Origin: Rhina ancylostomus
Taxonomy: Eukaryota
Reading direction: 5' to 3'
DNA length: 64,000 bases
Assembly: GCA_030265395.1 (NCBI GenBank)
Contig: JARFYF010000053.1
Coordinates: forward strand, 16,331,690-16,395,689
The translations under genes were made by a program, and so were the position numbers. Shown here one piece after another: positions 39,726 through 53,599 of the stretch. Below the pieces are notes generated by a model. That model saw nothing but the letters and a program-made list of their open reading frames with translations. It was not told the origin of the DNA and did no database searches. How positions within the stretch are numbered: position 1 is the stretch's first letter; each line of letters starts with the position of its first letter.

Positions 39726-41689
39726 TTATGATAAAATAAACTTATTAAGAACAAATTGAATGAAGTGTTAACGAGTGTGGTCATTTGAAGAAGAGTTATG
39801 TTTTCTCCCCCCAAGGGGAAACGTCATATTAGGACATGTAGGACAGTAGCACCGCAGAGAAGGAGGACACTGTGGCTGTGTCAGTTCTTCAAAAGTACTG
39901 GCCAATGGACTCTATTTTCTGCTCTTTCCCAACAGCCCCACGGACCTTTCCCACTTGTCAGTATTAGCGCAATTACATTCTGAAGTGAGAGTGCTGCAGT
40001 CACCTTTCACACCATGTCCCAGTTCGTAAACACTCAACGTATGAAGATCGTTGTGCTCATGTTGCCTGGGGTTCTTCTGTTTCCTTAAATGTGCATCGCC
40101 AAGGCTATCCAGCTTCCTGCCATTAGAAGTTGAATAAATAAGAAAGAATTGCTGCCATTTATGTTTGAGCACCTTTGTTAAATTTCTCCTCAATCTTTTA
40201 CGCTCATGGAAAGCTTTCCAAAGTCTTTCAATCTCTGCACTTAACCGAAGTCCTTTATCACGGGCACCTATCTTGTAAATCTCTTTTTCTACCTCTTCAA
40301 AACCTTGCCATCCACCTTAAAGTGTGATGCCCAGAATGAAACGCAACATTTTAGCTGAGGCTTAATATTTCAATGTTCCAGCGTGAAATGCAATTAGAAG
40401 AGATGGAAAATTGAGAACGGAGAGGGAAAACCGGGGCTACTAAGGGACTATTAAGGGAGAGACAGAGGGAAGGGAGTATAGAAACAAGAAAGGAAAAAAA
40501 AGAGAACCGAGAATGGAAGGTAAACTCAGGAGAAAGGGGTGCGTGACAAATGGGGCATGTAAAGAAAAGATCTAATGAGGGCAAATGTGGGGATGTGAAA
40601 CAGAATGTGGAGAGGCATCCACAGGAAGCGAGGGAGGGAGGAAAGAGAATGAAAAAGAGAGAGGAGGTGAGAGAAGGAACACAGAGACATCCTTTGGTTA
40701 GTGCCATTAACAAAACTCTAAATCTGGATTTGCAATAAGTATGTCAAAGTCACAGGTTTTAATCTCTTTCCTGGGTTATAAGGAGCTTAAACTCAAGTGA
40801 ATCCACATGATTCGCTGCAGTTCAACTGGTTAAAATCTCTTTGCTTTTGATGAAGTTCATGCAATGTATTAATAATTAGTTTAAAATAGCGGCATGAAAT
40901 GGACAGGAGAGGAACATATTAAGACAGGAACAACTTTAATCCACAACCACAGAAATGATCTGTGCATGATCAAAAGACTGATTATACTATGTACATGTGT
41001 TAATAATATTAGTAGAATATATGAACGTAGCCTGGAAGCCCAATCTGTCTCATGATCATCAAATATTTTTCAGTGATTTCATTTCAGTAAATATGAGGTG
41101 TTAATCAACTTTGCATTGGATTCTATCGAATAATGTGAAACGATCGCCACCATTGTTTAGTTATTGTTACAGCTCGGAATTGAATTTCTTTGCACTTTTA
41201 ATATTAAAGAATGCACTTGCAAAATGGGAACGCTGTTTAATTCTTGATCATCCAAATCTTCTAAATGTATCCGTGTACCAGCATTATCATTGAATGTCGA
41301 ATTTTCTGCGGAATATTCAATATCAATTTACAACCAAAAATATGAAGGGCATTTCAAGAGCGTGCGATGCAATCATATCTGAAATTTCCGGTTTGGTAAT
41401 AATTAAGGATGATGCGTGATTCTAGGCACCATTGTGGCCATTAATAATCCATTTCTTATTTAGTGTAGTTGTTCCTTCTTTGTTATTTGAACTATCCTCA
41501 TTCTGCTTATGTTTGGGCTAAATCCATTAGAATCGATTAACAGCACTTGATATTTCAACTGATTATGTAGATTCCAGGTAAGCACGCACCTTTAATAATG
41601 TGTCGGTCTGGTCTTCAAACTGTGAACGAGCGTACTTGCGATAGAGGGATTGCAATGAAAGTTTCCTCGGATGCGGGGTGAGTGTTAGG

Positions 41690-42060
41690 CAGGGGTTTTC
41701 CCATGAAGGAAGATTAGGCAACTGGGCCTGTACTCTCAAGCGCTTAGAAGAAAGGGAGGGAATTTCATTCTTATAGGACTTGACAGGGCTGGTATTTCCC
41801 TGGCAGCGTTGTCTAGAACCAAGTGTCACAGTCCCAACAAAAGTCATTTCTTCACTCGGGAGATAAGCCTTTGGAATCCTCTATCTGGAGGGCCGGGGAC
41901 ACTGGGTCGCTGAATATGTTTAAGTCAGGGATCGATAGATTTTAGTTACACTGGGAATCCTAGGATATGGGGTTAATAAAGGTGGCGCTTAGCAATGATC
42001 TCAAATAACGCTGCAGTCATGAGGGGCCGAATTGCCTGCCCTTGCCTCGATTTCTGACTT
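41690..42060 (+). mobile_element. CR1 LINE 3' end
   Basis: EGRLGNWACTL-like segment and AGGGGCCGAATTGCCTGCCCTTGC tail. Confidence 0.6.
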
Positions 42061-43127
42061 CTTGAAGTAGTTGTCTGTGCAATAAGAAAACCTACAAACT
42101 GCTGGTAAGCAGGATGGAATTCAGTTCATGCCCGCGACGCCCACATCTCACCAATGAATAAAAAAAAGCCTTAAAATAATTACTTTTTATTTTGATAAAA
42201 ATTATTAACGCAATACTGGTGCTGGTGGAAATCTATATTCCATCCCTCGAGATCTGTTCGTTTGAAATGTTAGATTAACCCGTCTCGTATTTGAAATGAA
42301 ATCGCTCTTTCTTCAGGTCGCCTAGTGCCAAACTTGGAATGTCTGCTTTAAATGGGAGTATTTTCAGCCCCAGGATAAAAGCAGTTCAATGTTCCGCCAG
42401 GGTAACTCATCTTCCGACTGTATAATCAACATGAGAACGCAGATATTGTTTCTCAATGATATATGAATGAAGGTGATATTTGCCGCAAATACAGTCATGT
42501 TCTGGATTATTTTCTTTTTTCAAATTGGATGCCAATTTAATGCACAGCAACTCGCCTGGTGAACGATAAAAGGCTGCAAACTTAAAAGCATGGCTATGGG
42601 ATGAGTAAGAGACAAGAACTGGAGGGACAGGGGGAGACACACACTGGTTCCTGGAAAGGACAGTTGATCAAAGTCCGACTTGACAATATTCATCTGTTGA
42701 GCTTTAGTTTTATTAAGGAGTGGTTTGGAATTAGCTGCTGTTCTTGTTTTGGGACATTTGATGATCACTTTGATTGATGAAACTGCAATAAATTATTTTC
42801 TGTTCCAAAGCATTGATCTCATGACTATTATTTCCATTCACCAACTGGCATGAGTTCCAAGATGGTACAGCTTCAGCAACAAAGACCTCATGGGTTGATG
42901 GGTTCATTGGCTATTGTAAATTGTACCTGCTGTGTGAGTGAGTGGTAGAATCTGGGGGGAACTGATAGGAATGTGGGGAGCATACATTACAGTGAAACTT
43001 AGTGGGGAATGGGATTGCTGAGCTGGCATAGTCTCAATGGACCAAAGTGAGGGAGTATGTTGTGATTATGACAATTAGGTGCGCTGACATTTTGACCCAC
43101 ACACGAACAGTGTATAAACAAATTTAA

Positions 43128-43245
43128 CATAGAAACAGGAAATACTGGAAACACTCAGCAGATCAGGCAGCATCTGTGGAAAGAGAAACTGTTTCAGGCC
43201 TGGGTCCCCTCAGCACATTTGCATATGCAGTTTGTTTTCTGATTT
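43128..43245 (-). mobile_element. Same family, degenerate copy
   Basis: AAATACTGGAAACACTCAGCAGATCAGGCAGCATCTGTGGAAAGAGAAACTGTTTCAGGCC. Confidence 0.6.
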
Positions 43246-44504
43246 TNNNNNNNNNNNNNNNNNNNNNNNNNNNNNNNNNNNNNNNNNNNNNNNNNNNNNN
43301 NNNNNNNNNNNNNNNNNNNNNNNNNNNNNNNNNNNNNNNNNNNNNNNNNNNNNNNNNNNNNNNNNNNNNNNNNNNNNNNNNNNNNNNNNNNNNNNNNNNN
43401 NNNNNNNNNNNNNNNNNNNNNNNNNNNNNNNAGGAAAATAACTGTATGCCAGCTTTATGGGGTAACTCAGCATAGTTCCTTGCAGACAAAGGGTACAAAA
43501 CTACCCCTTAATCAATAATACCAGAGGCATACACAAGGTTAAAATATTATGTACACAATGGGTAAGAGTGACCAAGGAAATTACAAGCTGCTTAATGTGC
43601 ATTGGCAGATGAGCCACAGAGTTGAAGCAGAGGTGATAAAGATTTCCTCTGCATCTAACTCTCTGATTCTTTCCTTGGTGGTGTCTGAACAGGCCTGAAA
43701 TGAAAGTCAATCCATTCTCTGCTGATGGCTTTCAAATCAAAAGTTGTTACCTCGCTCTACAGTGAGATAGAACATTAGGGTAAAACATTAGCAACGTTTT
43801 CAATGTTAGTCAGAGGAAGTCAATTAAAAAAGCATAAAGGAATGAATAAAGAACTGAATAAAAATAGGAAACAATGAATATTATATTTGACAATATGACT
43901 GGATCAAATGATCCATGAAAATAGGTAAGTACCATTAACAAACTGAATAAAAGCGACACTTTAATATATCACAGGGGAAAAACAGGCTAATGGGAGCAGA
44001 GATAATAAGAGAAGGGGAAAAAAAGTACAATTAAATAAAGAATAAAAATTAATTGAGCAGACTGACAAGTGGGAGTAATTGAAGTTTACAGGGTGGAGGC
44101 TATTTCATTAGATGGAACATTGTCAGCTTCTGAGTAGTTCTGTGATTATTGGCATCCTTTTGTTTTCAGCCTAATGAAACTCCAGACACTCTGCCACCTC
44201 ACTCACACTGAGGATCATTTGGAATAGTATCATAAAATGGATGAAATTGATTTTTGCACCTATGTGGCCTAATTGATATCACCCAATCACCCAAAATCAA
44301 GTGCACCCCACTCTATACCAAGAGAAAAGGGAAGCAACTTCATTACAATTAGCCAATAAGTCTGCAGATGAATGGATAAATGCATAGCTCAAAAGGGTAA
44401 TGAACTATATTAGTCATTAAAGTATGATGTTTTAGTCATAGTGTGTGGTGACTTTATCCCTTTTATACAGAACAGTAGGGTCTGCTTAGGTGGGATAAAT
44501 AAAG

Positions 44505-44780
44505 CTGGGGGCCTTGACAGAGATCTTTGTATCCTCTTTAGCCACAGGTAAGGTCCCAGAGGACTTGAGCATAGCCGATCTTGTCTCTTTATTTAGGAAG
44601 GGCAATAGAGACAAACCAGGAAATTATAGGCCGATGAGCCTTACATCAGTGGTAGGAAAATTATTGGGGGAGATTCTTATGCATAGGATCTACTTGCATC
44701 TGGAAAAGTGTAGACTTATTAGGGATAGTCAGCATGGCTTTGCATGAAGGAGGTCCTGTCTTACAAACTTGATTGAGTTT
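44505..44780 (+). mobile_element. CR1 LINE ORF2 RT fragment
   Basis: EIFVSSLATGKVPED..LFRKGNRDKPGNYRPMSLTSVVGKLL..IRDSQHGFA*RRSCLTNLIEF. Confidence 0.9.
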
Positions 44781-44999
44781 NNNNNNNNNNNNNNNNNNNN
44801 NNNNNNNNNNNNNNNNNNNNNNNNNNNNNNNNNNNNNNNNNNNNNNNNNNNNNNNNNNNNNNNNNNNNNNNNNNNNNNNNTTTGCCCAGTATTCTTGATA
44901 TATAATCAATATAGTTAATATATATATTGATTGCTATCCTGTATTGATTTTTATTCCCACGTGTGTTTATGTGTGTTTAGGCTTTGAGTGTTGAAATCC

Positions 45000-45900
45000 T
45001 ATTTGAAAACTATACGGAGTAATTTAGCCTCATGAGAGAATCGTGATAGTTTGTGGAAGTGGTGGGGATTTATCGTGCTCAGGTGTCAGAAATGCAAAAC
45101 AGATTCACATTTATGTGCTTCTTATGATCTTGAAACTTTTTTTCTCCACTTTATATCTCTGCAAAGTAATTTCTTTATAAGCCCTCGTCCCTCATAATCC
45201 TGAACCCCCTTCCAAAATACTCGTGTGCCGCTCAACTTCATCGGTGTACATTTCCTCTTTCTTTCCAATAGCCCGCCCCTTCTTCGGCCTTCCCCCCAAT
45301 GATCTTGTGTCTTCGCTGTTCCGGAGCCTTGGGTTGTCACTCTCGCCACACCGAAGCGTCTTCTCCCTCCTTCTCTTCTCGTAGACCCTGTTCTTCTATC
45401 TATGTATAAGAAAGTGCTGGGAACGCAGGTCACATCAAATCGGTCAGTTGATGAAGAATTAAGGGTTGGTGTTTCGTGTACTTTGATGTTGGACCGACCA
45501 ACATGTACCGTTTAGACGTTGTTTGTGCATTCTACCGGTTCTACAGAAGATCTGGGCAGTCAGTATTCCAGGTGACGCCATATATTTTTCTCTCTGTGAT
45601 TTTCCAGAATAACATCATAAATGGGAGGTGAATTATTTCTGTTTCCTATAGGATTAAAAAAACTTTGATGAATGCGTAGTTGAAATTTGAGACACGTATA
45701 AACTACTTGGAGTGAGACCTCTATTCATTAGAAAACATTGGTTTGCAGTTCCCGCTGCGAGTCCGGTGGGCAATCGCATCGCTCACATCAACACCCAAAA
45801 GACATTTCCTTTACAGCCCGTATGACAAAATACGGTCATTTCACGATTACATTTCTTCATTTTTTTATGATTCCAATTCCGAGTCAATGCATTAAAAAGG
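45000..45900. promoter_or_regulatory. Small intronic CpG-retaining domain with a GC box
   Basis: CG-rich island with GCCCGCCCC at about 45271-45279. Confidence 0.45.
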
Positions 45901-46419
45901 GCCATTGTACATAGTTGAAACTGATTTTGTAGACTTATTTTGTGATAAATTACTTGGTTACCTTTCACCTTTTTTGAAACTCTCTGGGTTCAAAAGCCAA
46001 CACTGACATCAACACATCAGTGAAATGATTCTCAATGTATAGCATCATTCAATAAATCAGGCACTTCCCCCATGTTCTGCTGCTCCCCCATTCTATCCAA
46101 AATGGTCATCTTCTCTCCCATTCTTTCTATTGATNNNNNNNNNNTCTCCTGCTTTATCCAAACTAACCAGCTGTTCCTAATCCCTAATTGCTATGTCCCT
46201 CTCCATGTGCAGCTTCTCCCCATCCTCCTCATGACCTCTGACTCCATTCCCACTTTTTCCCATTCTCCAGCTGTTTCCCTGTTCACTCTCCATCTCCTCT
46301 TTCATTCCCTCCCCCTGTCAATGACCAGATGGTCCCTCCTTGTCCAATCTGCAATTCCTCGCCCATTCTTCCCCCTCAAAAAGGGGGAGAAACAGAGGGA
46401 TGTGCAAGTTGCAAAAAAA

Positions 46420-47000
46420 CTAGAACAAGTATATTCAAAGCTTTGGTTTTAATGAGAATGGAACAGGGCATCAATTGTGGAAGTAACGGTTAATTTAAAT
46501 CACTAGTTGGGTATCAACTGGAATTTTGTATCTACTTTTGAGCATCATATTTTAGGGGGATGCTGAGGCTTCAGAAAGGGAGCAGAGGAGATTTACCAGA
46601 GTGAAATCAAGGATGAGGGATGTAGAGAAAATGCAGAAGCTATGTTTTAGCAGAGATGATTAAGACATTTGGTGGACATGTTCAATATAATGAATGGAAA
46701 CAGATTCTCCTCTCAAAGCCAATGCCAGAAAGGTGGACAACCAGAGAATACAAGCTTAAGGTGACTGGTGGTGAATTAGAGGTAATATTAATTTGTTGTA
46801 ATCTGGAATGCTATGTCTGAAAATTAGGGGAAGTAAATTCAATGATAACATTTAAAATAGAATTGGATAAGTATTTTAAGTGGAAAAATGCAAAACAATG
46901 GGAAAAGATCATGAAGGGGTTAATTGAATATTTCTACAAAGAGCTTGCAAGATGGTTCAAAGGGACCTTATCTCTGCTGTCTCTATCATTCTACAGTTTT
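46420..47000 (+). mobile_element. Decayed CR1 LINE 3' portion
   Basis: CAACTGGAATTTTGT, GCAGAGGAGATTTACCAG and ATCTGGAATGC motifs. Confidence 0.6.
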
Positions 47001-48879
47001 AACAGATTTGAGGAACTGAATAGACTATTCCTAGTACTAAATATTCTGTATTCTATCCACTTGTGATAAGATCACATCAATCATACAATAGGAAGTGGTC
47101 CTGTCCATTATTTATGAGCAGTTCTAGCTCTTTAACTGGATTTTTTCTATAAAACCTATGTTACGGACTAGGTTACAATTAGTGAGGTTCCTTTANNNNN
47201 NNNNNNNNNNNNNNNNNNNNNNNNNNNNNNNNNNNNNNNNNNNNNNNNNNNNNNNNNNNNNNNNNNNNNNNNNNNNNNNNNNNNNNNNNNNNNNNTAAGT
47301 AGTTATTAATAAAGTAGTTTTTAACACTTATACATGTCTCAGTGTGTTTCTGTTGTTGCTGGTACGTAACAAATATCAAATGACTTATTTCCAGTTCAAG
47401 TGAGTTTTAATTAACACTTAAATAACTCCGTCATCTTCTCCTAAGTGGTTCATGAGAAAAGGAAATCTGCAGTGGTGCACTCACCTGTGTGTTAATAGGT
47501 CAGTACAGGATTTGAGCACATAATCCAGGCTGACTTGATTGGCTTGATGAATAGCTGCAGAAGTGTTGCAGGTATAGTCTTTTCAATTAATCATTAAGTA
47601 AAGGTTGAGTGTCATCCAGGTCAGGGTAAAAGATGTCATTTTATACTTCAAAGAAAATTTATGGGAGTTCATGTGGTGATCAGGAAAACACTTACTTATT
47701 TCTGAAGAGACCTCACCAGAATTGTCTCATTTGCTGTCATGACACCTGTGTAGGTAAATTCGTTGTCATTTTCCCTACATAATACATCACTTCAAAAGTA
47801 GTTCAGCACTTCAGAATATTCTGGGGGATTTAAAGATTTTAAATAAATAGATTTCCTTTTGTTGCTTTTGTTTCCAAAATGTACTATTTTAGATTTTCCA
47901 CTCCCCAGCAATCTTTTGTGTTGTTCCTCACAATTTACTGATCCATTTTAATTTCACATCTTAGCAGTGCCTAGACCTCTGAATAATAGTATCTATCTAT
48001 GCACATTTGCACATTTCAATAGGAATTATTGGATAATGACCAGTGGCATTCTTTCCACTCCTGCCACCACCCCACACCACCCAATATTATCAATCCAAAA
48101 GAATTGAGAACAATTTTATTGCTCTGTCAATGCTTTAACTGCCTTCAGCTTTCTGACTGAATGAAATTTTTTTAAAAAGCAAGATATTGCTAAAGCTTGA
48201 AATGTGAAAGAAGAAATGACTGGAAATTTTCAATCATTCAGACCATGCCTGTGAAAGGCAGGAATGTTGCTATTTTAGGCACAGCCCTGGCTTGCTGAGT
48301 GTTTGCTGCATTGTTTGAATTTCCGTACTGACTCAGCTGAGTTCTCAATTTACGCTGGAAGGCAGTTTAATTTCACAATGTCTGATTTTATTGTCTGGTG
48401 TATGTTTGCTTCAAGTCAGGATTCTTTTTACTAATCAGAAGTTATAAACCTAATTTTACTTGAAAAATAATCAAGTAACTTGATTATTTACTTAATGCTA
48501 TTTTTTCTATATCTACTTGATGCTTTTTCTTTCTATAGCATCATGGAATTGTTATGATGCAGAAGGAAGCCAAATGGGCCATCAAGTCTATGTGGCAATT
48601 TGTAGAGCGATCCAGTCAATCCTATTCTCTGCTCTTTCACCAGAGCTCTGTAAATTTTATTATCTGAAATGTGCTTCTAATTCCCTTCTGAATGTCCTGA
48701 TTAACTCTATTTACACTGTCCTTACAGGCAGAGATTTGCAGAACAATTACCCATTGCGTAAAACATTTTATTCCTCATATCCCTCCTATATCTTTTGTCA
48801 TCACTTTAAACCTGTGTTGCCCATTTTGTGAACCATCCATAAATAGGAAAAGCTCCTATTTGCCCTATTTAAACTCTCG

Positions 48880-51045
48880 TATAGAATCAGGGGACAAGTA
48901 ACAGAATGGATAGCTAGAAGGTTTCATGACAGAAAGCAGACAGAGGAAGTAAGGGGTAGCTCTACTTCCCTCTTGGGCAGTCCCTTGGACTCGAGGATGA
49001 CTTGCTTTCACTCATGTTCCAGGGGTTTTGAGGAGACTGATGAGGGATTCACAGACTCTGGCATTGGTGGGGCAGGGGGTGCTTGGTGAGGTGGGCAGAT
49101 GGGAAGTGGTGTATTCCTTCCGCATTCTTTGTTGGGCTTCTGTGTGCACCATACAAAGAGGTTGAAGCTTCTCAGCATCATCCTAAATGTTTCTTCTCCT
49201 TTTGATCAGTCACAGGTTAGGGATTCCCATGAATCAGTGAAGATGTTACACTTTATTTTCCCCTAAGAACCCGCTTGAAGTGTTTCCTCTGTCCTCCAAG
49301 TAATCTGTTGCCATGATGGAGCTTGAAGTAGACTGACTGCTTTCAGAATCTAGTGCTGGGCATGTGAACAACCTGAGCTGCCCAGTGAAGCCAGTTAAGT
49401 GTAACTAGAGCTGGGGATGTTGGCTTGATAGAGGGCACTAACAGTGCTTTGCTTATCCAGCTTGTGGATTTGGAGACAGATTTAGTAGGGACTGCATCAT
49501 TGGTACTTCTCCAATGCTACGGTTGCCTGTTGGTAAGTTGAGCATGTCTCAGAAGTGATCAGGAGGGTGGCGATCTTTGCCGTCAAATAGAACATGAGCT
49601 TTGTGCTGGTTTGAGGTCTTGATCTTTCTACACAGTTTTTCTGAGATGCAAAGGCTGTGCCAGGATACTGGGGGTAGTGATGAATTTCATCATGTGAAGT
49701 GGCTCCCAGAATATGGAAAGTGTTCTACATTTTCCAGGGTCTCTCCCTGTATACTTATTGTTTGGCAGAAGATTGTTAGAGAGTCGTTGTTATGTAGATA
49801 TTCAATGTGAGGATCACTTTGTCAGACATTTTGGTGAAGAAGTTAGAGCTTGACCTCTGAATGTTTCTTACAGAAGCATTGTCTATTACCTCTCGATAGT
49901 CAGGTTGGAATGACCTTGGTTCTGGAATGGAAGTTACACAGGTTGAACAGTTTCTCATTCATCCTGTAGATTGGCTATATTCCAGTGGGAAGCATTTTGG
50001 AGATGGGGTACAATATTGTGGCGAGTAAGATCAGGAAAAGGACTGTGGTCATGGTGGAGGCTTCCTTAACTCCACGCTGTACAGGCATTCACATTAGAAG
50101 GTAGGCAGTGGTGTTCCACAAAGGTTCACCACTCTTCATAACTTACGCTAATAATTTAGACTTTGGAATCAAAAGTACAATTTCTAAGCTTGTTGATGAT
50201 ACAGAAGTTAGGTTTGAGGGCGAGGGGCAGTGGTGGGAATTGATAGTTAATACTGAGGATAACTGCAACAAGTTTCAAAGGACGTTAATAAACTTACAGA
50301 ATAACTGGCAAGAGAAATTCAACACAGCTAAATATGTTTCAGCAGGAGGAATAGGGAGGCCATATTTCTTGAAGATGTGAGTTTGAGTAGATGATCAAAG
50401 GAATCTCTGAGTATAAATACAGAAATAACTAAAAATTGTGTCACTGGTTAATAATGCCACAAAAAAGCAAACCACGAACTTGTGTTTAATTCTATGGGTT
50501 TAGAAATTGGAAAGTTAGGAAGTTACTCTAAACCTGCATCAATCCTTAGTTAGACCACACTTAAAGCACCACATACCGTCCTGATTGCCACATTAGTAAT
50601 GAGATATAGAGACCTTGAAGAGGGCGCAGAAAAATCTTTCAATGATGATATCAGAAATGTGAGGTAATAAATATCAGGAGAGGGTGAAGAGTCTGTATTG
50701 AGAAAAGAAGGCCATGGGGGTGCAAAGTCCTGTTTAAAATCATGAAAACTTTTGATGGAATGGATACAGAGAGAATGTTTCCAGGATGAAAATAACTGGA
50801 GGCCATCAATATAAGATAATTGCCCAGAAGTCCTATAGGGAATTCAGAAGAAAGTTCTTTGCTGAAAGAACATGAAATGTTCTGCCACAGGGAGAGGAGA
50901 TGAACCATACAGATGCATTTAAGGAGGGCTGGACAAGCATATGAAGGACAAGAAATAGAAATTAGATGAGGGAACTCAAGTGGGCCATAAATACTGGCAT
51001 GGACAGATTGGGCTGCAAGGCCTGTTTCTGTGCTGTATTTCATGT
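48880..51045 (+). mobile_element. CR1 LINE RT to 3' end, split by an RTE insertion
   Basis: GVPQG-like and ISKLVDDT motifs (50100-50200), VRPHL (50550) and the 3' tail GGCCTGTTTCTGTGCTGTATTTC. Confidence 0.75.
48970..50050 (-). mobile_element. RTE-clade LINE 3' portion nested in a CR1
   Basis: GGCAGTCCCTTGGACTCGAGGATGACTTGCTTTCACTC is the reverse complement of the 3' end seen at 16200-16235. CR1 RT sequence stops at about 48965 and resumes at about 50095. Confidence 0.6.
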
Positions 51046-51713
51046 GTAATCCAATGTATTCTTAATCTTGTACATCTCTTCTAAATAATGCAAGTGGTCA
51101 GGGTTGATACTTGTGCATTTTATTCTAACAGTGCAATTCTCTGGGATTTCTATTATGGTAAAACTAATTCTTGCAGTGCATAAAATGATGGTAAAGCCAT
51201 AACAGACTGATCACTGTAATCCTGGAGCACAGTATTAACTGTTAAACAGTGACTCCAGAGGAAGGCAGCCAGATGGGAAAAAATATAGCTTCAGGATACA
51301 AGTTGTTACTGAAGATGTACAGAGGGACAGCAGTAATGTGAGAGTCAACAGTTACTGGAACATGCATGTGTCTTTCCACTAAAGGTCAGGAAAGGCTTGG
51401 GTGTGTCCCACATGGAGCAAGGAGACTGATTTCCAAAAGATGTTTGAGAGCAAGTCTGGAGTATGGTAAATTCAAAATCACCTTGACTGTCATGAGCTAG
51501 TCAGTGCAGGAATAGCACCTGCCAACGTGGTAACTCTCTGTGGCTCTTTGATGCAAAGAACTATTGCCAGTGCATTATGATTGTTAGGTTCTCCTTTAAC
51601 TACTAAGGTCATCGTTTCATACATTTTGCAAACACCAGCCTAGGAAATGGATTTCACTTTCTTTTGGTGTGCTAAAACATCATTGTATCCTGTATGACCG
51701 CACACCCCCTCCA

Positions 51714-51790
<77 letters not shown>
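51714..51790. repeat. (CT)n(CA)n microsatellite running into an N block
   Basis: Directly visible. Confidence 0.97.
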
Positions 51791-52077
51791 NNNNNNNNNN
51801 NNNNNNNNNNNNNNNNNNNNNNNNNNNNNNNNNNNNNNNNNNNNNNNNNNNNNNNNNNNNNNNNNNNNNNNNNNNNNNNNNNNNNNNNNNNNNNNNNNNN
51901 NNNNNNNNNNNNNNNNNNNNNNNNNNNNNNNNNNNNNNNNNNNNNNNNNNNNNNNNNNNNNNNNNNNNNNNNNNNNNNNNNNNNNNNNNNNNNNNNNNNN
52001 NNAAAGGCATTGATACTGAAAGAACATTTCAGGAGGATGAGCCACATATCTCCCACATCTGACAGTTAAGTATTTAG

Positions 52078-52362
52078 GGCAGGCACGGTAGTATGGTGGT
52101 TAGTGTTGCGCTATTACAGCACCAGCGATGCAGGTTCAATTCTGTCCTCTTTCTTTAAGGAGTTTTTACGTTCTCCCCGTGTCTGCGTGGGCTTCCTCCG
52201 GGTGCTCCGGTTTCGTCCCACATTCCAAAGGCATGTGGGTTAGGAAGTTGTGGGCATGTTATGTTGGCACTGGAATCATGGTGACACTTGCAGGTTGCCC
52301 CCAGAACACTCTACACAAAAGATGCATTTCACTGTGTGTTTCGACATATATGTGACCTATAC
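52078..52362 (+). mobile_element. Full-length tRNA-headed V-SINE
   Basis: Head with A-box TAGTATGGTGG and B-box GGTTCAATTC; V-domain TTCTCCCCGTGTCTGCGTGGGCTTCCTCCGGGTGCTCCGGTTTCGTCCCACATTCCAAAG; tail CATTTCACTGTGTGTTTCGACATATATGTGAC. Confidence 0.8.
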
Positions 52363-52396
52363 ATTATCTCTGACACCTAGCCCCCCCGCCCCCTCC

Positions 52397-52409
52397 CCAC
52401 ACACACACT

Positions 52410-52454
<45 letters not shown>
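52397..52454. repeat. (CA)n microsatellite
   Basis: Directly visible. Confidence 0.95.
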
Positions 52455-52455
<1 letters not shown>

Positions 52456-53599
52456 AAACTTCTACCCACCTTCTATAAACCCTAATCTCTGCATTTCACA
52501 TCATCCACAGAAAATTACCATTAACACATAGAAGAATACCATAAATGTATATTAAATATGTTATTTACTTCATATGCTCCAATGAGGCAGAAACTGCTAG
52601 GAAGGGGAGGAATACTACATGGACTGGAAGGAGGTCTCTCAAGCACAGATCCTACTCGAACAAAGGAGAGGGCCCCCCCTCTTCTCAGAGGAACCACTAA
52701 GGCACACATGAAATGAGTTCTCTATGTAGTATCCAGGTTGCCTGTTTGACTACGGTGTGAAGTGTTGGACAAATTGACCAAGCTCCAAGAGCTCCAATGA
52801 ACATGATAGTTTCCTGCCTGACTCTGGAGGTTTCACAAATAGTGGTCAAACAGGACATCCTGATCATTGCTATGCTCATGAAATGGAGGGAAGCCACACA
52901 GCAGAATATAAGTAATCATACTAGCAGCCCAGATATCCACCATATCCAGTTTCTGCAACCTGACAGCAACCTGACACCAAAAGAGGTGGCAGGTAGTTGA
53001 CTGCTATTCTATGAACCCAGATGCAATAAGAAAAACTCAATTAATGGTTGCCCCTGTGCTCATTGCCAATGAAGAGGAGGACGCCGTCCTTCAGCCTGGT
53101 GATCTTCAGCCTGATCTCCCTTCTGACTACATGTCCTGTTTCAAATTCCTGTCTCTCAGTGGAGGATATAAACCAAGTCACCTAAGTAATCAATTCTTGC
53201 ACAAAATATGTCAGCAGTGGTGACCTCAGAAAAGTACGAGGGAGCTTTAGAGTAGTAAAAAAAACGCAAGGGAGATTATAGTGAACCTGATATGGGCTAG
53301 TCAGTCAACATCCAGAATAGATGCAAGAGAAACGTCAGTCATACTGGCACCACTGAAAAGATCCCAGAGATTGAGAAACCCTTTGCTGTAGCTAAACATA
53401 TAAATTAGTAAATGTGTATATGTTTGTAACATTTCCTTTGTGTAAAGAGAAACTGTGCAATACATGCAGCATTGGCTGTAAAAAGGTATTTGTTGCCTCA
53501 TTGGGTATCATGTAGAAATAGCAAATGATCTATATGAAATATGTCAACTGTCAACTTTCAGCAAGTAACTCTTAGCTCCATATACATTAACGTCTTCTC

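Larger units (their letters stand above)
36400..42570. promoter_or_regulatory. Intronic CpG-retaining domain
   Basis: CG dinucleotides are frequent, including inside embedded CR1 fragments (39308-39725, 41690-42060). Confidence 0.55.

Noticed and set aside
41001-41011. P3 site TAATAATATTA
   Set aside because: Low-complexity AT sequence, expected by chance in 64 kb of AT-rich DNA.
52078-52150. tRNA gene
   Set aside because: A/B boxes belong to a SINE head followed by a V-domain; no intact cloverleaf.
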